From assembly GCA_964016885.1 (NCBI GenBank), contig OZ024748.1, forward strand, positions 26,908,001-26,972,000: 64,000 bases of DNA, written 5' to 3'. The notes beneath the pieces are model-generated. The model saw only the letters and a list, made by a program, of their open reading frames with translations. It was not told where the DNA came from and ran no database searches. This DNA is from Eledone cirrhosa (Eukaryota). Made by a program: the position numbers and the translations under genes. This document shows, piece by piece, positions 51,041 through 64,000 of the stretch (its first letter is position 1; every line of letters starts with the position of its first letter).

Positions 51041-51268
51041 TTAACCTTTTAGTATTCACATTACTCTATATATACTATGATATTTTCATGGTAAAGGCTT
51101 TACCTTGCATAATTATCTCACATAATATCGAATCTATGAGATTTTGAAAGTATTTATTTTGAAAACAATACCTTAGCATCAGTTTGAGCGACCGGTGACT
51201 GCCAGTTTCAACAGAAAGAGGTAAAGAATTCAGGCCGGTTTGGGTCGGTTTGAACATTAAAGGGTTAA
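51041..51268. mobile_element. piggyBac-like MITE
   Basis: TTAA-ccttttagtattcac...aacattaaaggg-TTAA; inverted relative of 5143-5349. Confidence 0.8.
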
Positions 51269-51736
51269 ATTTAAACGTGAATGGTTTAAAACAAATGGTT
51301 TTTGATTAAGGAACCAACAGGCAATTTCAAGTGAGTTAGTATCAAAATTGTAGGCACCATGCCATCTGATCTATGTGCAACCAAGTACAACAAAATATGA
51401 GCAGCAATAGCAATTCTCAGACCTGGGGCATCTGCAAATACAATGCTGAGTCTATAAGGAGAGAAATGCTGAACCATTATAGAAAATGGTCTACCTACGT
51501 GATCTCATCTCAAATATAATGAGTACATTTTTCTCGTTTGTGAATCCAAACTTTATATGTGTGTGTGTATACAAAACTTCAACAAAGAAAAACAACACAG
51601 GAGTACAGTGAGGAAATATATTAGTTTGACACTTGATATAGTAAGAAAAGAGTCTTATATATTGTGAAATGGATGGTAAATGATGATGATGACTATCTTC
51701 CAGTAAGTTCTAATACTGAATTCCATTAGACAATTG

Positions 51737-51773
<37 letters not shown>

Positions 51774-52013
51774 TCTCTCTGACCTGTATTATAATTATAA
51801 CAGTTTGTTTACCTCCACTATAGAGACTATACAATGTTACAGTACCTTGTTTACCTCTAGAGACTATACAATGTTGTAGTACCTTGTTTACCTCTACCAT
51901 AGAGACTATACAATGTTACAGTACCTTATTTACCTCTGGCCATTAAAACTCTAAAATACCTTTACTACTTTGCCATGTTTTCTTCTAATTTCTATGGCTC
52001 TTTATTCTAAAGT

Positions 52014-52710
52014 TCAACTTTGCCTTTCCTCTTTTCAGGAGGTCAATAAAATAAAGTACCAGTAATGCACTGGGGTTGATTTAATCAACTTAACTCTCCC
52101 CTAATTAGTGGGCTTCTACCTAAATTAGAAATCATTTTGACACTATCGGTAGAGGGTCAGACGCCATGCTTTCTAGCATAATTATGTCCCTTTATGATCT
52201 GAGTTCAAATCCCGCCGAGGTTAACTTTGCCTTTCATCCTTACGGGGGTCGATAAAATAAAGTACCAGTAATGTACTGGGTATTTGCTGGCCTTCTGCCA
52301 AAAAGTATAAACAATTATTAATGAATATATACATGTCTATATATATTTGAAAAAAAATATTTTCAAGTGAACGTGACCCAACGGGTCACAGGTAGTCTAG
52401 TTTCTAATAATGAGTTCAAATCCCGCCGAGGTTAACTTTGCCTTTCATCCTTACGGGGTCGATAAAATAAAGTACCAGTAATACACTAGGATAATTGCTG
52501 GCCTTGTGCCAAAAAGTAGAAACAATCATTAATGAAGGGTGGTGGATTGGCAGTATCAGCAGAGCGTTGGACAACATGCTCTGTAGCATATAATTATGTC
52601 CCTTTACATTTTGAATTCAAATCCTGCCAAGTTTAGCTGCCTTTCATCCTTACACGGACTATAAAATAAAATACCAGTAACACACTGGGGTTGATTTAAT
52701 TGACTTTCCT
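52014..52710 (+). mobile_element. Head-to-tail cluster of SINE family 1 copies
   Basis: The core motif recurs at about 52020, 52228, 52438 and 52638 in the same orientation. Confidence 0.85.
52336..52400 (+). mobile_element. Minimal Helitron remnant (~65 bp)
   Basis: TCtatatatat start, hairpin gtgaccc-aac-gggtcac (52373-52389), CTAG-T end. Confidence 0.6.
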
Positions 52711-53216
52711 CTTCCCTTTAAAATTCTCTGAAATCATAACTCTGCAAACTTAAAAAAGGAAGACATGTTGAAAAATGTAGACCCAGATATACCCAAAACT
52801 ACAAGTTGATTACAGCTTCTTGATCCTAAATCAAAAGGATTTGGGATGACCTGGTGCTAAACAACAACAATAAGCACAAATCAAGGTTATTAAAGTGTAG
52901 TAAAGTACTAAATGACTGAGGTTATATGGTGATTGATCAGGGTGTCAGAAATACAATCCCTGCTTTGATTGTGTTGTTCCCCCATGAACAGGAATAAGTA
53001 CTTAAAGCTTGTTTGTCATGGTTGCTTGCTCAGCTAGTCGTCAATGAACAATTCTAATTTTATGGTTGATTTCCCAGCAATAGAAAAAGCAGTCAGCTGT
53101 GTAATCTGCATGGTAATTACTGTAAAATAACACAAAAATATATATTAAAAGTAGATAAATTCGCTTCCCTCTTCCACTTTTTTTTTCTTTTTTTTTTTTG
53201 TAATTAAGACATCTAC

Positions 53217-53942
53217 ATCATCATCATTTTACATCCGCTTTTCCCTGCTTGCAAGGGTGGGATGGGTCTTATTCAGCACAGCATCTCTCCACTCCTCACG
53301 GTCCTTCGTCATCTCCACTGTGAGCTTCAATGATCTGAGGTCTGTTCTCACCACCTCCGCCCATGTTTTTCGTGGTCTACCTCTACCATGTCTTCCTTCA
53401 ACTGGCATTTCCTGGCACTTCTTCACCCATCGGTCATCCTCCATGCGCATCACATGTCCATACCACCTCAGTCTCCTCTCCCGTACACTACATTCTATCC
53501 CTCTCAGACACAGTTTCTCTCTCAACACATTTATGCTGGGTCGTTCACGCACATTTACACTGCACATCCAACGGAGCATGCTTGCCTCATTTCTCTCCAG
53601 CCGTCGCATATCCTCTGCAGTTGCTGCCCATGTCTCACAACCATGCAGCATCGCGCTCCTCACAGGCATCATACAACCGGCCTTTCGTACGCAGGGAGAA
53701 ACCCTTCTTCGTCAACAGAGGAAGCAGCTCCCTAAACTTCTTCCAACCCGTCATTATTCTAGATACTATGGCCTTGGAACACCCTCCTCCCATGCTAATC
53801 TGATCTCCTAGGTACTGGAAGCTATCCACCACTTCTATAGCGCCCTCCTGCATCTGAAAAATGTGTTTATCAATGCGACTTCTACTGTCTAATTTCCCTG
53901 TACATCTACTGCATACATATTTCTCCCTACCTGTTAGTTTAC
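53217..53942 (-). mobile_element. 5'-truncated RTE copy (divergent subfamily, frameshifted)
   Basis: IEVVDSFQYLGD...[12 protein letters not shown]...[11 protein letters not shown]; short 3' end with (gat)n. Confidence 0.9.
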
Positions 53943-54009
53943 ATGGATAATATAAATAACTATTAATGTCCTGTACCACATGAAACAGCATTATTAGTAT
54001 GGCAGTGGA

Positions 54010-54383
54010 CGGTTGATTGGCAGTATCAGTAGAGGGTCGGACGCCATGCTTTGCAGCATAGTTACGTCCCTTTACGATCTGAGTTCAAATCCTGCTGAGG
54101 TTGACTTTGCCTTTCATCCTTACGGGGTCGATAAAATAAAGTACCAGTAATGTACTCGGTAATTGCTGGCCTTGTGCCTAAAGTAGAAACAATTATTAGT
54201 ATGGCAGTATCAGTAGAGGGTCTGATGCTGTGCTTTGCAGCAAAGAGTTACGGCCCTTTATGGTCTGAGTTCAAATCCCACCAAAGTTAACTTTGCCTTT
54301 CATCCCTACAGGGTCGATAAAATAAAGTACCAGTAATGTATTGGGTAATTGCTGGCCTTGTGCCAAAAGTAGAAACAATTATT
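54010..54383 (+). mobile_element. Tandem/nested pair of SINE family 1
   Basis: Two copies; attattagtatggcagt is present both before and after the first. Confidence 0.85.
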
Positions 54384-55451
54384 AGCAAGACATTAAAAAG
54401 AACAAAACAGCACTATGACTGCATCACATTAAAAATTAAAACCTTTTAGTTTACTGTAAATTTTCACAACAATCCATCCACTAGTAAAGATATTGTAAAT
54501 ATTTAATTAACAAAAACCATTTTGAGATATCTTTTCTACTAATTAATTAGAGGATATCAAGAATTGATTACTAAAGAGACCCTATACTCCCATCAACGAT
54601 GAATGAAAAATTATGTACAAATGTTATAGTGTGTGTGTAGTGGCCAGGCCAATAAAAGGTTGTCATAATACTCATGCATGCTACACACTACTTACAATAC
54701 ATACTGAAACACCAATATACATCATGTGAGCTTCAGTTTTCAATATAAAAGCTCATTTCCCTTCTATATAAACCAGTGCAATACATTTTACCCATCAGGT
54801 TAGCTTTGCCTTTCATCCTTACGGGATCGAGATTTAATTGACTTTTCCTTTCCCCCCAAATTGTTGGCCTTGTGCCTAAATCAAAAACCATTATTATTTA
54901 TATTGTTGTTTATTAATCTCAATTTATTTGCCAAATTATGAAAAATTAATTAATGGAAGGTGGGTTGATTTCATTTCATGAACTTCCCAGTTATCCTTAT
55001 TGTACATATACTCCGTCATGGACTAACTAATTATATATGGAGGAAAACACACAACGTTGAGTGCTTAAATCAAATTGCATCATTATTCACTGATTAGTGT
55101 GTTGCATATCCAGCCCTGATTAGTCAACATGTGTCTCAAAGAAAGTCTGTCTCAAGCCAGGAGGCTCGTCAGGCCAGTGCTTATCTTGGTTTCATGGCGT
55201 GAAGTAACTAATAGCACAGGACTACCCCATGTACAGGACGCCAGTCCATCGCGAGGCTAAACCCCCAGCTATTGCTAGTACTCATTTTCAGCTGAGTATA
55301 CTGTAGCAACATGTGTGCCATAAGTGTGTGTATATATATATATATACTATATATTAGAACTCTCTGAATTGTGGTAACTATATTTTCAAATATGTATATA
55401 TACCCTTGCTAGTAGGGAAAACAGATGTTAAATGATGATAATGATGATGAT

Positions 55452-55490
<39 letters not shown>

Positions 55491-55520
55491 ATATGTATAA
55501 GTGTATTCATTTATCAAATA

Positions 55521-55627
55521 AATGACTCTTACAAGACTAGTTTTGTTTCCTTCTTTAAGAATTTGTGAGGGTGACTCTCAGATGAGATCTTACGAAATGA
55601 AACAGGACTAGCCTTGTAAGAGTCATT
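55521..55627. repeat. Short foldback (29-bp arms)
   Basis: aatgactcttacaagactagttttgtttc / gaaacaggactagccttgtaagagtcatt; a relative lies at 22842-22884. Confidence 0.8.
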
Positions 55628-56446
55628 AATAAAATAAATAAAAACATATCCACTCTATCTGATGTATTGAGTACTTTGCCTTAAATTGTAGTTCTCTACA
55701 TTTTAAATGGGAACATTAACAATTATGTGTTTATGTTCATACTGTATCATTTGATGTCCCATAACTTAGTAGTTCAACAAAAAGAGATCAATAAACCAGG
55801 TAACTGACTGAAATAAATGCTGAGGTTGATATAAGGCTGATTAAATACTTGAAGGCAGTGTCCCAGCATGGTCACAGTCTAATGGCTGAAACCAGTAATA
55901 AAATAAGAGGTAAGCTCCATAACCTGGCTTCCATTCCTAGATGATATAATTTCACTTTACTAATGAATTTATGTGAAACATATTATCCCAGTTTTATGTG
56001 GTAAGCATTTGAGAGTACAAAGTGCCCACCACCATCGTACTCATTTATGCAGCTGGGTAGACTGGAGCAATGTGCAATGAAGTGTTTTGCTCATGTAAAC
56101 AACAAATTTAGTACCACTTATTTCAGTTATTTAAAGAATCCTATTTACCAGACTACACAACTAAGCACCCATCCCACAAAATATTTAGTCTTCTACTAAA
56201 TTGATTATTATTATTATTATTTTGGTGGATTGGCAAAATTGTTAGCATTGCAGCATTTAGTCAGACTCTTTATATTCTGAGTTCAGATCTGGTGAAGGTC
56301 AACTTTACCTGTCATCCTTCTGGGAGAATGGGGAGGGGAATAGTTGCTAAAATATAGTACTAGTCAAGTACTGGAGTTGATTGATATAACTGACTTTCCC
56401 TCACCCCAGCTAAAAAAATTGTTGGCCTTGTGCTTAAATTAGAAAC

Positions 56447-56482
<36 letters not shown>

Positions 56483-56627
56483 CTAAAGAAATCATTATTT
56501 TCTTGGATGGTTCCTAGAAGTTCTTCCAACCTGTAAACCTCAATACCAAAGTACAGATAATGTTTTTTTGTCTAAAATACTGAATCAAATTTTTTTTGTA
56601 AAAAGAATTTTTTTTTAAATGTTTATT

Positions 56628-56753
56628 TTAACCCTTTTAACACTGCCATATCAAAACACTTTATGGTCCATAAAATCAACCTAAAAATATTATGCCCTTC
56701 CAATTGTTTTTTTTTCTTTTTTGGTGTATGTATATTTTGGGTGTATGTATATT

Positions 56754-56813
<60 letters not shown>

Positions 56814-57052
56814 GTATTTTTCAGCATGGAAAAAATGTTTTGCCTCAAATTATGTCTGAAAAATTTATCCCACATCTTGGAAGCTCAAGTTTATGTTAGT
56901 CATTTTATATTAAACATTTTTTTTTTTGCCCAAATTTAGCAACTCAAAGTGGGGGGGGAGGGGTCCATGAAGTCGGAGTATCCACAACATCAGAGAGTCT
57001 TTAATGCCAGGAAATATGGAAATCAAAAAGACCGCAGCAATAAAAGGGTTAA
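56628..57052. mobile_element. piggyBac-like non-autonomous element (second family)
   Basis: TTAA-cccttttaacactgc ... gcagcaataaaaggg-TTAA. Confidence 0.7.
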
Positions 57053-57518
57053 AACACACACACAAAATTTTTTTTTTTTTTGTCCCTTTCTGTTTTTGTT
57101 CTTTTTTTAAAGCCTACCTGTTCACCACCATTGTCCAAATTTGTTTCAACTTTTTTTTTTGTTATTTTATAAATTTTGTTTCCATGGAGAAAAAATGACA
57201 GAAAGTAAAAAAAAAAATATCAAAGAAACAGCAGATACACTCTTTGTAATCATTTTTGTACAAAATTTTCATACACTTTTTTTCAATTCATGATATATAT
57301 TTTTTAAATATATATAAATATATATATTATATAACTTAAGAATATGTCCGTCCAACTCCTCAATACAACTGATGAATGAAACGAAGAAATGAAAATGGAA
57401 AGGAAAGAAAGGATAAAGATAACGAAGCAATATATATGTGTGTGTATATATACATATATATGTGTGTGTGTATATATACATACACACACACATATATACA
57501 CATGTATACATACACACA

Positions 57519-57571
<53 letters not shown>

Positions 57572-58639
57572 CCAGTTTCTGATTGTTGTATTATTGATCT
57601 GACAAACCACTTGGAAATATTGTTAAACATGAAACAGATATGGGTTATTATTATTATTATTATTAAGTATTGATAATGCGTGGAACAAATTATGAATAAA
57701 TTCATACAACTCATCAATGTAGTCATACGAACATGAGAAATGTCTTCTTGTCTTTATTCATTTTATTATTACTATTATCTTAGTACCAGTAATGCATTGG
57801 GGTGGATTTAATCCACTTCGCCTCCCCCGAAATTGTTGGCCCTTGTACCCAAATCAGAAACCATTTGGCAGTATCGGTAGAGGGTCGGACGCCATGCTTT
57901 GCAGCACAGAGTTACTTCCCTTTATGATCTGAGTTCAAATCCCACCGAGGTTAACTTTGCTTTTCATCCTTACGGGATCGATAAAATAAAGTACTAGTAA
58001 TGCTCTGAGTAATTGCTGGCCTTGTGCCAAAAGTAGAAACAATTATTACTATTATCTTTATTCCTTCTTTTGTTGGTTTATCCTCTCGTGCTAATGCACC
58101 CAGTGTTGGTCAATCAATGATAAACATTGATTGCCAAATAAATTAACTATGGAAATATAAAAGATACAGAAGCGAAAACCAACCAACATATTATTACAAC
58201 AATATGACCCTCCCCAAGTATTACAATATATATATATATATTAGATTCCCTTACTGTCTTCGAAGCAAGCTGGTATTTATTTATTCACCATGAACATAAA
58301 TTCTCAGCCATAAATTTCTTCTTCCTTCCCAGCTATTCTTTCAACACTTTGAGCCCAATCTATGTACATATATTTATCTCTCTATAATTCTTTATTTTCC
58401 TAGAGCCCAATGCACATTTCTTTATTTTCCTATTACTTTTCTATTTGACACAGTTACCATGCTGGCTATCTATCTCAAAATTTCGCACACACCACCAGAG
58501 ACTCACTGACCAATCAAACCACAGCAACACATATACCTTCACCCATCACTTGCGGCAACAAATGCTGCTGCTACTACAACTATTATCTTTCCTAAACCTC
58601 GCCGGAGAAATCTTTGTTTATTGTTATCTATAGATGAGC

Positions 58640-61067
58640 TGAAGATGATGGAACAACCCTGAATGAAAATGAACCCACGCATTCCCAGGTGACTATGCAA
58701 ATCCTTAATTCAGATACAGAAAGCATGCACCCACCCCCACCTCCAAAAACACCCTCCCTCACCATTGACGGCAGATGCCCAAAATTCAAAATTGGCACCA
58801 TCAACATGAGCACAATGAAAGAAAGAACAAGAGAAATTGTAGAGATGTTAGAATGAAAGGAAATTGATGTATGTTGTGTGCAAGAGACTAGATGGAGAGG
58901 AGAATCTGACAGGCAAAAAACTGTTACAAATTTTTCTGGGTGGGAAATGACAACAAGTTGAGTGGTGTAGGTATACTATTAGCTGACAAATGGGTAGATA
59001 AAATAATCTCTGTGAACAGAGTGAACGCGAGAATCATTAAACTCAGACTAGTCCTGAATAAAACAATATCTGTTTACGCACCCCAATCTGGGTTATCAGA
59101 CGAACTCAAAGATAAGTTTTACGAGTCCCTAATGCACACTACTATGCTAACGAATGACAATGACTTCCTAATCATTGCAGAGGACTTTAACATACACGGC
59201 TTCTACAGTCCATGGCACAAGAAATGAAGAAGGTTTCAAGCTCCTAGAATTCTGCGACACCAATGACCTATTGATTTGTAACACAAACTTCTAAAAACCC
59301 GACAACCACCTGATCACATATAGTTCTGGGGAGCATGCTAGTCAGATGAATTTTATCCTTACCAGAGGACGAGGTGTACGGATGGTTGTAAACATGAAAG
59401 TCTTCACTCACGAGGAATATACCTCCCAATATAACCTCAGTGACCTCATTATCAGAACTAGACAAACTTATAAAAAGGAGGCAACCAAGAGAAGAAAGAT
59501 TTGGAAGCTGAAAGAGCCCTCAGCCTGTAACAGATTTAGGTTTATTTTGCTTGACGCCTATGACAGTAAAGAAGAACAGAAAGAGACATTCAATATAGAA
59601 GAGAATTGGGAGTTCTTAAAAATAACCTACTGAAGGTGACAGGCGAGATCTGTGGTTGGAGCAAGACTAGAGAAGGAGAGTGACTTGGTGGTGGAACAAT
59701 AAGGTAGATGAGACAATTAAGGCTAAGAGAGAGGCAAGGAAACAATGGAAGAACAGGGAAAGCAGGGTACATTACATAGAGACCAGGAGGGAAGCTAAGC
59801 GACAAGTATACTTTGCTAAAGGGTTAAAGTCAACCTGACAAAGACTAACGTCCTAGTAAGTAGAAGAGAAAACAGAACCCCGATTCCCTCAGGGAAATGG
59901 CCTTGCTCAGTATGTAGGAATGGTCTAGGTAGAAATTTCGTCCTCTGTGACAAATGCACACTATGGGTACACAAGAGACATAGGCTTTACATATAGCGGT
60001 TGCACTGAGACAGTAAGCAGCAAAGAGCAATCAAATTCTGGGAAGGCTCGGCAAAAACAGTAGACAGATTCTGCTACCTGGGTGACCAAATTAACAGTGG
60101 AGGTGGTGTTCTGAAAGTACAGTAGCCAAAGTGAGAACAGGATGGAAGAAGTTCAGGGAGCTACATCCACTGTTAGCTGCAAAAAGCTTTTCCTTCAAAG
60201 TAAAAGCAGACTGTATGATGCGTGCATATGAACAACAATGTTGCATGGTAGTGAGACCTGGGTGCTGTGTGTAGAAGACTTGCCTAGCAATCTATGCGAG
60301 TCTTGCATGTTCCAATGGATGTGTAACAGTAATATACGTGAACGGTAAAGCATAAACGTACTGAGAGAGAAACTAGGCATAAGAGGAACCAATTGCAGTG
60401 TGCAGGAGAGGAGATTGCATTGGTATGGACATGTGATACGTATGAAGGATGGCAGCTGTATAAAAAGGTGCAGAATACTCAGAGTTGATGAACACCGTGG
60501 AGTGTGGAGACCCAGAAAGACTTGGGATGAGGTGATAAAAGCTGACCTTGCCTAGTTACACCTCTCAAAGGTGATGACACAGGACTGAGATCTCTGGCGT
60601 TACGCAGTATTACAGAAGACCAGACTTCCCAAGGACACAGGCCGAGACTAAGCATATATATATATAGTATGCACCACCCACCCCACCTACTCTTATACAT
60701 CTCTCATGAGGACAAGCTGAAGCATACATCCAGTGAAATCTTCAGCCCACACTGTAAAGTGATCATTACGGCGACACAGCAATAAAGCGCCCAGCCCACA
60801 CTGTAAAGTGGTTGTGTAGGCATCACGGCCAAAAGGACCCAGTCCACACTATAGAGTGGTCATGTAATCGTCATGACAAAAAGCACCCAGCTCTCACTAT
60901 AAATGAGGTTGGTGCTAGGAAGGGCTTCCAGCCATAGAAACCAAACCAAAATCAGTTCTGTACGAACAAAACATGGTCATCTCACCTAACCTGGCATTGT
61001 TCACAACAGAATAACTCATCTAACCTATGCCAGCGTGGAAAAATGGATGTTAAATGGAGATGATGAT
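58640..61067 (+). pseudogene. Decayed RTE LINE copy with the RT core deleted, retaining extra 5' sequence
   Basis: Colinear with 1149-2250 and then 3310-4486, with the junction at about 59820. Many stops and indels; (gat)n tail. Confidence 0.92.
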
Positions 61068-61070
61068 ATA

Positions 61071-62095
61071 CGAGGTCTGTCTGCAAAGTAACAGGACTTA
61101 GTGTGCCATGTGAGCTTTGAGTTGGGTACGAATTAGCGGGTAGCATCGCCGTGTAACATAATATCCAGGGAGTATATAACTGTGATCTCAGCTCCCTGCA
61201 GCGGTTGTATGTTTTTTGTCGTGCTTTTGTTAACAGCTCTTCAATTTTAGGCCGTCGAGTGATGGACATAGAACAACAAACCAACCTGAAGTTTCTGCTC
61301 CAGCTGGGGAAACCTCCGTCAGAAACACTTGGAATACTGCAGCAAGTGTACGGAGATAAGACAATGTTACACTCATGGATTTTCAAGTGGCACAAAATAT
61401 TTAAAGGGATCCGAGGACATGGAAGATGACCCCCAGAGCAGGAAGCCTTCAACGAACAGGACCGAGGCCAACGTTGAGCATATGAAGCGCGTGGTATATG
61501 TCACTGATCAAAAGTGAGTTGAGCATGTCAAGCGCGTGGTATATGTCACTGATCAAAAGTGAGTTGAGCATGTCAAGCACGTGGTATATGTCACTGATCA
61601 AAAGTGAGTTGAGCATGTCAAGCACGTGGTATATGTCACTGATCAAAAGTGAGTTGAGCATGTCAAGCACGTGGTATATGTCACTGATCAAAAGTGAGTT
61701 GAGCATGAACCGCGACAGTGTTTGGAAGTTTATCACCAAAGATTTGGGCATGCAGTAGATCGCCAGCTCACAACGCCCTGAGCATCCGGCAGTTCCTAGC
61801 TGAGGAATACTTTGCCATACTGGAACAACCTCTTATTCACATGATCAGCTCCGTGTGACTTTTTTTTCCCCCCAAGCTTAAGGAGTTCATCAAGGGGACC
61901 CATTTTGAAGGTGTGGAGGCCATCAAGAGGGCCATAGTGAAGGAGATGAGGGGCATCCCAGAAGAATCTTTCCAGCAGTGTATAGAAGCGTGGCAGAGAA
62001 GGATGGAAAAATGCATTAGACTCAAAGGAGATCACTTTGAAATGGAAACCATGTAGTTTGTGACACCAGTCCCTTTACTTTTCAGACAGACCTCG
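61071..62095 (+). mobile_element. Internally deleted mariner transposon
   Basis: TA TSDs and ~28-bp TIRs cgaggtctgtctgMaaagtaa..ggact. Broken transposase MDIEQQTNLKFLLQLGKPPSETL..WIFKWHKIFK ... SAPCDFF.PKLK..IKGTHF ... WQRRMEKCIRLKGDHFE. Confidence 0.92.
61473..61707. repeat. 45-bp tandem repeat (5+ copies) inside the mariner
   Basis: Unit gttgagcatgtcaagcRcgtggtatatgtcactgatcaaaagtga. Confidence 0.92.
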
Positions 62096-63379
62096 TATAT
62101 ATACACACACACATACCATACATGTGTGTGTCTTACTGCAAAGGTTGTAAAAATCGTCGGTGGTAGTGACCTCCCTTTGTTTGACCTTCTGGAGTTGTGT
62201 GCGTGTGCATGTGTGAGAGAGAGAGACTGTTAACATTGGCCAATAAGTGACTGAATACAATAGTACATGCTTAACACAGCTTCAGTTATTGTAAACGATA
62301 TCAGGTTCCACGGTATGCATGTTTATTTTTCGCTACGAACCATATCTCCCTCACTGCCTTTATGTCAGTCTATTTTCTATCTCCCAAGCTACTCTATATT
62401 ATATTCTTTTACTAGTTTCAGTCATTGGACTGTAGTTATTTGGGCGCCGTTTTTCTGGGGTTTAATCAATTATATAGATCCAATACTTAATCTGTTACTC
62501 ATTTTATCACTATTAATATTTTCATTTCTGAAGGGTTGTATAATTTAATTTTAATCCAAGCAGTGTTAACCCTTCAACGGGATAATTCCAATACGCTCTT
62601 TGGTACAATGTTTTATTTTTATTTATTTCCATTTATCAAATGATTAAGTTCACCCGAGTGTTTGATGAAAAATGTACAGTGTCACTTTAGCGTGGATCTG
62701 TATAGTCATTTATAGCTAGGCTTGCGGTTTACCTCAACTACAAAAACTGACAGAATCGTTAGAACATCGGATAAAATACTTCACGGTGTTTGTTCCGGCT
62801 TTCTACGCTCTGAGTATTTTTCTTGGTGAATAAATAAAAGACCGGTTCACTAGGTTCGATTCTCTCTCTCTCCCAGAAACCAGTTGTGTTCAGACCAGGA
62901 GAGGGATGGGATCTCCCAGATTTAAATGCCCAAGATACGCTGTATGTCACAACATGACTCCTACGTCTCCATCAAGTATAAAGTTTACAAATGTATAAAG
63001 TTACAGTAGAATAACATTGCAAACATCTTTTAAATATATACATAACATGAATTGCTCGCAATTCGTTCAGAAGGACATTATAAATATGTCTAAACCGTGT
63101 ATAAAAATATAATTGTTTCTACTTTTGGCACAAGGCCAGCAATTACTCAGTGTATTACTGGTACTTTATTTAAAAATATAATAATATAAATTCATTGAAC
63201 AATAATGATAGGGGGGGGGGGCACAATTCACCAGCAAGCCCGATAGAGAGGTCAAGTGAAACTTGGTTAGTGCAACTAACTGCATGCTAGAGTGGTACCA
63301 AATATACTTTTATTAATTGAATTTATATTAGCTTGAAATACAAAACAAAATCAACAAATAATTGAGATAAATAGCGCAA

Positions 63380-63677
63380 GTGTGAGTGGAAGAGAAGTGT
63401 GTGTGTGTGTGGAAGAGACGGGTGTGAGGAAGAGACATGTGTGAGGAAGTGACGTGTGTGTGTGGAAGTGACGTGTGTGTGGAAGAGACGGGTATGTGTG
63501 GAAGAGACATATGTGTGAGGAAGTGACGTGTGTGTGGAAGAGAAGCGTTTGGATTTCGTGAATACAGTTTATAAAAAGACAGACAATAAAAATTAATTTT
63601 AAAATGTCAAAGCGTATATGTGCGTGCATGCATGTTATCGTGTGTGTATACATGTTACTGTATGTGCGTGCATGTTA

Positions 63678-63714
<37 letters not shown>

Positions 63715-63790
63715 CATGTTACTGTATGTGCGTGCATCTTGTGTGTGTATACATGTTACTGTATGTGTGTGCATGTTACTGTGTGTGTAG
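63380..63790. repeat. GT-rich short tandem repeats
   Basis: gtgtggaagagac/gaagtgacgtgtg units, then gcatgttactgtatgtgc units. Confidence 0.8.
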
Positions 63791-64000
63791 GGATGTAACA
63801 AAGAAAGTTTCTTGCTTCTATCTGGTCAATAAACAATATTTAAAACTTTGAGAAGAAACAATAATCTGCTGAAAGAGAAGAGAGGGGCTTTTTTATATAT
63901 AAATATATTCATGATATATAGGAAAGTCCATCTCGTCCTTTCTTTTTCTGAAAACAATTTTCCCAGTCAAAGATATTCATATATGTGTATATTCATATAA

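Overview
Eukaryotic, AT-rich, repeat-dense animal DNA. It is most likely an octopus/coleoid mollusc genome, inferred from the SINE and RTE repertoire rather than proven. The window holds a + strand Hedgehog-effector Gli/cubitus interruptus gene. I could thread 16 coding exons (24390..46963, 4733 nt, about 1577 codons) with GT-AG introns and consistent phases. They encode the SYGHL SUFU-binding motif, five Gli-type C2H2 fingers, a PKA-site cluster and the conserved C-terminal helix. The start-codon exon was not found and probably lies upstream of the window. Mobile elements in the rest of the window: a 5'-clipped but ORF-intact RTE LINE (APE+RT) in a TA microsatellite, several decayed RTE copies of two families, two tRNA-derived SINE families, TTAA-flanked piggyBac-like MITEs, two Helitrons and a deleted mariner. 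There are also many satellites, including a 3.5-kb 54-bp array and a 2.4-kb 24-bp array enclosed by TIRs. The most notable observations concern Gli pre-mRNA architecture: long intronic foldbacks rich in G:U and A:C pairs, inverted retroelement pairs bracketing exons, and two locally duplicated splice sites that give in-frame alternative exon ends. I found no convincing wholly new system; these are testable leads.
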